Shown: one piece after another, positions 53,282 through 64,000 of the stretch
Layout: every line of letters starts with the position of its first letter
How positions within the stretch are numbered: the stretch's first letter is position 1
Source of the DNA: Zygnema circumcarinatum SAG 698-1b
Lineage: Eukaryota > Plantae > Zygnematophyceae
Length of the DNA stretch: 64,000 nucleotides
Assembly (NCBI GenBank): GCA_037447605.1
Contig: CM074807.1
Coordinates: 3,856,829 to 3,920,828, forward strand
Direction: 5' to 3'
Notes under the pieces: model-generated
What the model was told of the DNA's origin: nothing
Databases searched by the model: none
What the model saw: only the letters and a program-made list of their open reading frames with translations
Made by a program: the position numbers and the translations under genes

Positions 53282-53464
53282 ATTGGGTCGTCGAATGAGT
53301 AACTACATGTTGAGATTGCCAGATGGACGAGTGTTCTAATCCCATGTATGAGAGTTGACGAGTTTGCACTAGTTTCTAAAGCCGTGTTGTTACACCAACA
53401 AGTGGAGTTCATGTACATATGATGACATCGCTATACAGTAGTCAGTGCAAATGCAATTCATTTC
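53282..53464 (+). mobile_element. Decayed fragment homologous to the 3' internal region of the hAT element at 28865-29709
   Basis: Matches the reverse complement of 29004-29190. Core 53371-53403 versus 29053-29085 is 32/33 identical. Confidence 0.8.
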
Positions 53465-54094
53465 ACTTTTCACTTTCTTGTACGGTCCTCCCTCCATCCG
53501 TACGCCTTGATGTCGGCGTCCCGGCCTCAAATGGATGGATAGGTAAATTCCCAAACAAATTCGATTTTTGTGACATTATGGTAGCGTGATCTATTTCCAT
53601 TCCAGGCCCCCTCCCTCCCTGTCCCCCCGTCGAGGTCCAATGCGCGCGCCGCCTCGCACGTGTGATGACTCCCCCGCGCCCCTCAAGCCCCTCCCGCCGC
53701 AGCCGTGGCCAGCGTGCCACGTGGCGTATCCCTCCACAGCCATTGCTGCCACGTGCCCACGCAGGCCACGCCCCCCCCCTTGGCGCCAGTGGCCGTCGTC
53801 CGCCGTCCGATCTTGCCCCCCGCACTGATCTGGCGCCGCTGGCCACATCCCAGCCGTCCAAATCGACGGGGAGGGCCAACGCTTGGAGGGAGCCCTCCCC
53901 TCCCAGCTCGCGCCGCCCTCTCTATAGGGGAGAGTCTGCATCAACCGGTGGTCTTTGAGAGGGAGGCATTTGGAAGCTGGTGGGAAGAGGGGGCTGAAGG
54001 GGAGAGAGGGATAGGCGAGGAAAGGGACAGGCAGAGAGAGGAAGAGAAAGAGGGAGTGGGAGAGAGATAGAGGGCGGGGGGAGGGTCGGAGGAT

Positions 54095-57000
54095 ATGGCG
54101 ACCCTCCAGGCTGGGGTAATTGCAAGGGAGGCGGCTGCAACTCTGGTGTCGGAGGTTGTGGCGAGGAGAGAAGTTCAGAAGAAGGTAAGATCTGTCTATC
54201 AGTGGTTGTTCTGAGCTGATGTAGGTCGTGGTTGAGAATAGGAACCTTGATCCATGTGTTTGGAAGGAGGATAAAGGCCTTCCTTTAGCGCTGTGGAGCT
54301 CCTGTAACTGATCCAAAGCGCGTGAGGCATTGAATGACTGGGGAGGCAATGATTCAAAGTTGAGCTGTCAGACAATGGCTAAGGGGGGAGGGAGCCTGAA
54401 GTAAAGGTCTGGAGAGGAAGGCAGCTGGCATGATGACTGAGCTATCACGAATATTCTGTCAACTGCCTGGTAGGGGCGTGTCTTGTTGCATATGACTTGT
54501 TCATTTCCTGTCACCCCGGCGTTGTGGGGCGCTTAGTCAGATTCCTCCTTTAGCATGGCCAGCCGTTTGAATCGTGGGAGGGAGCAACTTTCAATCGCTT
54601 TGTGAGGAAAGAGGAAGCCTGAGTGTGGCTTACTCGTGTTGATGTGAGCTCCGAGAGGGCAAACTTTTCACCATTGTTGACCACGAAGAAACGTCTTGGT
54701 TAGTGCAGGACAACAATAAATGATTTGCAGTAGTCCAATAGCATGAAGCTCTTAACATGCGAGTCTTCGGAGTAGTGTCTTTACGACTGCAATGCATGAG
54801 GAATTGCATATCTTGACAGTTGAACAGAACAATTCTCGGCTGACAGATGCTATCTTTGACGCCAATTTTGGATTGCAGAGGTCAGTCCGTCTTGGTGCTG
54901 GCTTGGGCTATTCCAGCTCCAACGCTTTGAGCAGCTTCCAGGTATGACACTGTGTAGCGTTTTACTTGTATGTTGAGAGAGCTTAGAGTGTTTCTGTTCT
55001 GATAGCAGGAGATTTACGCGAGGAAATATACACTTCAAAAAATATTTGGAACTCAGTCGAAAGAATTTTGGTAGGATGGTCAGCTGCGATCAGTGAAATG
55101 AAAGATGCAAAGTTCAATTGACGAGAGTGTATCCTTTCTGATCGCTTGCTTGCTCTCTTCCCCCGCAGGCCTCATCGAAAGGTAGACGAGAGAGTGCTCG
55201 AGCGTCAAAATTTTCTATCTCTGCTGTAGCTGTACCGGTTGCGCCCACTTCCACGTCATCCTCTCCTCCTCCAGAGCCCTCACCTTTAGCAGACCCTGAC
55301 GTCCGTGAGAGACTCGCCAAGGAGTATGGCTTCAGACAGATTGGGGAGCCTCTCCCAGATGACATCACTTTGAAGCAAGTTATCGACTCCTTGCCGCCAG
55401 ATGTGAGCTTCTTCATTATCATAACTAAAGGGAAGGGCGTTTATTGACAACTGAGTTGCCCAAACAAGGTGCTGCTACACGATGAGTGTGTATATCCATG
55501 AGAGTAATAAGTTATCATTAGCAAGAGTTTACATCAGCGAATCTGGTGAAATTCTGGAGAAGGCAGTGATTCTGTCTGAGTCTGTTTCGCTTCTATGCCC
55601 TATTTTTTCTAAGAACTTAATTGTTTCATTTGCAACAATCGTGACTCTGAAAGAGAACAGGTTTTTCCAGAGATATTGTAGGTTGTTCTAGGCTGCCCAG
55701 TGCGATTGCCATGATTCAGAGGAACACGAAATGAGGAACATTTTATTGAGATAATATACGGATGGCTGGTTTCTTCTGCAGGTTTTTGAGATTAATGAGT
55801 GGAAGGCATGGAAATCCGTCGTAGTATCCGTGGCCTCAATGGCTTTGGGATTAGTAATGATTGCAAATTCTCCATGGTACCTACTGCCGTTAGCTTGGGC
55901 ATACACTGGAACGGCATTCACCGGAGTAAGTGAAGCATTTGTCTTTCAGGAGCCAGTAACTGTATGCTGTTATAGTGATAGTTGTGATAATTCAAGATCA
56001 TCCCGCTGCTTCTGTAGTTTCTGCATGGACCTTTCAGCTTTGCCCGTACTTCCACTGCAATGTGAGTGGATGCATCAGGCTCTGAATGTTTGTCTGGTAT
56101 CCAGATGATATTGAAGTCCATGTTTTTGCTCAGAGTGAAGATGTCATGGAAGTGTCGGTTCCCTTCTTACCATCAATCTCATTCTGTACCTTGCGTCATG
56201 TTGTTGTGATGGCAGTGGTTTGTTGTCGGACATGACTGTGCGCACAAGTCCTTCTTGAAGAATAAGCTCGTAGAGGATATTGTTGGAACAGTGATGTTCA
56301 TGCCCCTAGTTTATCCCTATGAGCCCTGGCGCATCAAGCACGACCGTCACCATGCCAAGACCAACATGTGAGTAAAGTTGTTGGGAGAACAGCATGTCCT
56401 TGACAACTTTGAGTGATACCTTGTGGGGATCTTATTTTGCGTCCTCATCTCCTCTGTTCATCAGCTTTAACCTCTCGGGAAAGTGACTTAGTATTTTGTA
56501 GCTTTTGTTATCTTCCTTCTGCTCACAGCATATGGGCTTATATTAAGGATAGTCTTCAAATTAACTGCAGATGTTTGACATGGAGGGGTTTCTGTGCCCT
56601 TGGTCTGCAGGCTGGACGCAGACACTGCATGGCACCCAGTCATGCCAAAGGAGTACGAAAAGTTTGGTCCTATGGGGAAGGCAGGGCTTCAGCTTGGTAT
56701 GGGACCATTAAGGTTCCTCGCCTCCATTGGACACTGGTATGGCTCCTACTCACTGCATGTTTTGAAATTCTAGAATGCACCATCGCATTGAAATGCTCCT
56801 TGTAATGAGAAGGGTTGGTGTGGAGGAAAAATGAACTTTATAGAAGCGGCTGTGCCACTTGCGAGATACACCAAAAGTGATGGATTGCAGGTTACTCTGA
56901 ATCTGCAGGCTGGTGTACCACTTTGACTTGAAGAAATTCCGGGCAAATGAGCAAGATAGAGTGAAAATCAGTCTGGCCGCTGTATATGCATTCATGGCCG

Positions 57001-58342
57001 TTGGGTGGCCGCTTATTATCGCTAGTGTCGGACTCGATGGATGGTTCAAGTTCTGGCTGATGCCGTGGCTCGGGTATCACTTTTGGGTTAGTTTACTGCA
57101 CCCCTCTGCACGTTTTATACTATTATGTTTGTGATTTTAAGGGTAAGGTTAAGGGTACTGCTGCATATATTGCGACTCCGTACAGCAGCATGCAGCAATT
57201 TTCCGAAAGATATCTCAACCAAACTTCCACAGCATTGCATATGTAGTTTTATTAACCTTAGCCCACTAAAAGTGCTAAATTTACTGATGTCAGTACGATG
57301 GGATTACACAACTCAGCTATCCATCAATGGCTTAAGATTTTCTCCATGGAAAGAAGTGAATAAGTTAAAGTGGATGTCCGTTGTAGTGGGACGGAGCTCA
57401 GCAGTAAATCCCTTAGCGACTGCGGCACAAGCTGGATACAAGCAAAAACTTTTGGTGGTAGGTTTTGGTAGACCTGAAGCAGAAGAGAGTCGACGTTTCC
57501 CCTGCATCTAAGGCACATTCATCCAGAGAGATTGGTTCTTGCCGGATGGCGGAGGCATCCTTGAGATAAGTCCTCAAGGCAGGAACATTCAGTTGCCATG
57601 CTGATCTGAGCTGGCTATATATTGTTGGTGTTGCAATACAGATGAGCACTTTCACTATGGTGCATCATACTGCGCCACACATTCCGTTCAAGCATGCCAG
57701 AGACTGGAACTCTGCTCAGGCGCAGCTGGGAGGGACAGTGCACTGCGACTATCCTTCATGGTAGGTGGAGTGCCCACAGCACTCTGCAAGCATGGGGAAC
57801 GGAGGGAGTGACCCCTTGTAGGCAGACTTCATATATCGCACAACGTGACTGCTGTAGTCTGTCAGACATGTTCACTTTCTGAAGACTGGTTTGGCAAGTT
57901 CTTGCAGGGTGGAGTTTCTCTGCCACGACATCAATGTACATGTGCCCCACCACGTTTCACAGAAGATTCCAGCATATAACCTGCGGAAGGCTACGGACTC
58001 TCTTCGCGAGAACTGGGGGAAGGTGAGAGAAAATTGCTGGCCATCAACAAGGCTCGCTGCATAGGTGACAATAGACTGGCATGTTAGGGTTCCATGAGGG
58101 GATGGTCATGAGGGGACTTCCATGCCTACCACTGTTCCACTGTTTTCCATGTCTTACAGTCAGCCTCCGCTTGATTGTTGCAGTACATGAGCGAGGCCAC
58201 ATGGAATTGGAGGCTGATGAAGACCATCTTCACGGAATGCCACTTCTTTGACCCCGAGGTGAACTATAAGGCATTTGATTCAAAGGACAAGGCTCCCATC
58301 ATCAGCTCTCTCCGGAAGGTCATGCCTCCTCTCCCCCAGTGA
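54095..58342 (+). CDS. FAD6: Plastid omega-6 fatty acid desaturase
   Basis: [15 protein letters not shown], His boxes GHDCAH, HDRHH and HVPHH, plus DTAWHP and [16 protein letters not shown]. Transit-peptide exons are less certain. Confidence 0.96.
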
Positions 58343-59284
58343 GGAGGTGCCACTAAATTGATCCAACCGAACAACTATGACTGATGAACTTAACATTGCT
58401 TCGCAGCTGCTTAGTTATTATATTTGACAATTGGGCGGATTGGGCGGTGAAGAGCACTTAGTGGGGAGGTGTGAGTAGCTTTGTCCGTTCAGAGGGTGTA
58501 AACTATACTATTGTGTCTGCTACGCTTTTGCTGTGACTTTTTTTTGCAAGTTGCTGGTGGCCCATTAGACGAGGCTCGTGAATAAAATCGATTTTTTTTT
58601 ACCGGCAAAGCTCTTCAGGTTTTTATCTTCCAAGGCAAATACTTAACACTTAAATTTCAAACTTTTTCCTCTGAAGCTGGAGTGGGGCTTGTTTTAAATA
58701 CCCTCTAAAAACTCGGTTTGGAATTCTCCGAGTGATGTGAAGAGTTTTGCTTGAGTCAAATTATTGAAGGCCGAGCGTTCCTATTGATTGGCAGTGTTCC
58801 CTAACTTCTCTACAAGAATTGTCGTTAAAATTTGTACGTTTGTAGTTTGCGTCGGTCAGGTTTGTGGCTTGCAATTCCTATTAATCTGCCATTTCGTTGT
58901 CATTTTTTATTTTTATATTGATTCTAAATCTCACTGTCTTTTCCCTTTTGCCAACAACTTATAAAAGCAACAGCAATCCAACAAAAAAAATCAGCACTCT
59001 AAAAACAATTTTTTACTACGATCAAATTCTCTAAACACAATCACTTCACCGAAAATTTGGAATCCTAAAATGCCTACATTCCACCTCTGTCAACTAGTGA
59101 AAACTGTCAAAACGCTGCCGTAACTTCGTAGTCGTTACCTAAAGAAAATTTCCGAAATCTAAACGTAGAAACGGTGCCCTCACGTGCTCACAGATAAAGC
59201 TCCAAATACTTCACAAAAAGGAAAACGAAAAAACTACTTTCTCTCGTCTTCGCTCTTCACACAAGCTCATCAAGACCCTAGTAT

Positions 59285-63357
<4,073 letters not shown>

Positions 63358-64000
63358 CTGGACGCAATAAGAATTGAGGAAAGCTCGGTTGAGATACTGA
63401 AGGCAACGAGGAGTTAAAGGGAGAGTCTGCAGCTTCTGTGTTTGGTTCAAGGTCGAGTTTTGGGTTCAAAAACGCAAAATCCTTCACTCGTTTGTTTCAA
63501 TCATGAAGCCTTCACTGCAGTAGCCACGGCTACCTTGAATTCGCTTACATATTTTTTTTTCTAAAAAAGCTCATTGAATCATTTTCATCTGACATATAGT
63601 TTGCCTTATCAGGACTCTCAAACGAAACAATAAGAAGGGAGTTCTTCAGGGCAAGAATTATGATTACCAGTTGTGCAGGCCATAAAAACTCAAGCAATTA
63701 AGTTTAAATTTGAAAAAAGTCACTCATATACACTCACTCCGAGCGGTCAATCTCGACCACTCTCCCCCCTTTCCCCTATATTTCTCGTCACCGCATTTCG
63801 CACACTTTTTTTTTCTTGACAATCTCTCATTCCTTCCTAAGCAATTCAGCTGACATTAATACTGGACGTCATTCAGTGACCATTCTAACAAAGGTGTCTA
63901 GGAACGATCGCTGATCCCGGGGCACTTGAAGAGAAAAAGGAAGAATGTTGATTCTGAATAGCGCACTATTCAATTCTTGGAAGTGGATTGGCATGCTAGA

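Overview
Eukaryotic, intron-rich, gene-dense nuclear DNA of a green plant. A streptophyte alga (Zygnematophyceae-like) fits best; this is inferred from land-plant-type proteins, a 9-intron cytosolic HSP70, GC-rich 5' exons, (GA)n runs and TTTAGGG-like motifs. Twelve genes were spliced by hand: HhH-motif protein (partial), HSP70, TL19, MinE, M17 leucine aminopeptidase, a PEPKR-type kinase with a ~900-aa N-terminal extension, NOC3, a 101-aa unknown protein needing a 7-nt microexon, UBLCP1, HVA22-like, CGLD27/Ycf36-like and FAD6. A thirteenth, GLDH, is partial. Two intergenic regions carry small DNA transposons. At 27.7-29.9 kb are a MULE-like inverted-repeat element enclosing an RLE-retrotransposon fragment, and a hAT deletion derivative nested in an Ac-like MITE. 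At 52.2-53.5 kb are two hAT-like MITEs, one with a hairpin-type excision scar. The most unusual signals are two neighbouring HVA22 introns 88% identical around an unrelated exon, the hairpin scar, the ABRE cluster upstream of HVA22, the microexon and a 900-bp (GA)n run. Five 10-N scaffold gaps limit interpretation. No tRNA, rRNA or CRISPR array was recognised. All family names come from recalled motifs, not database searches.
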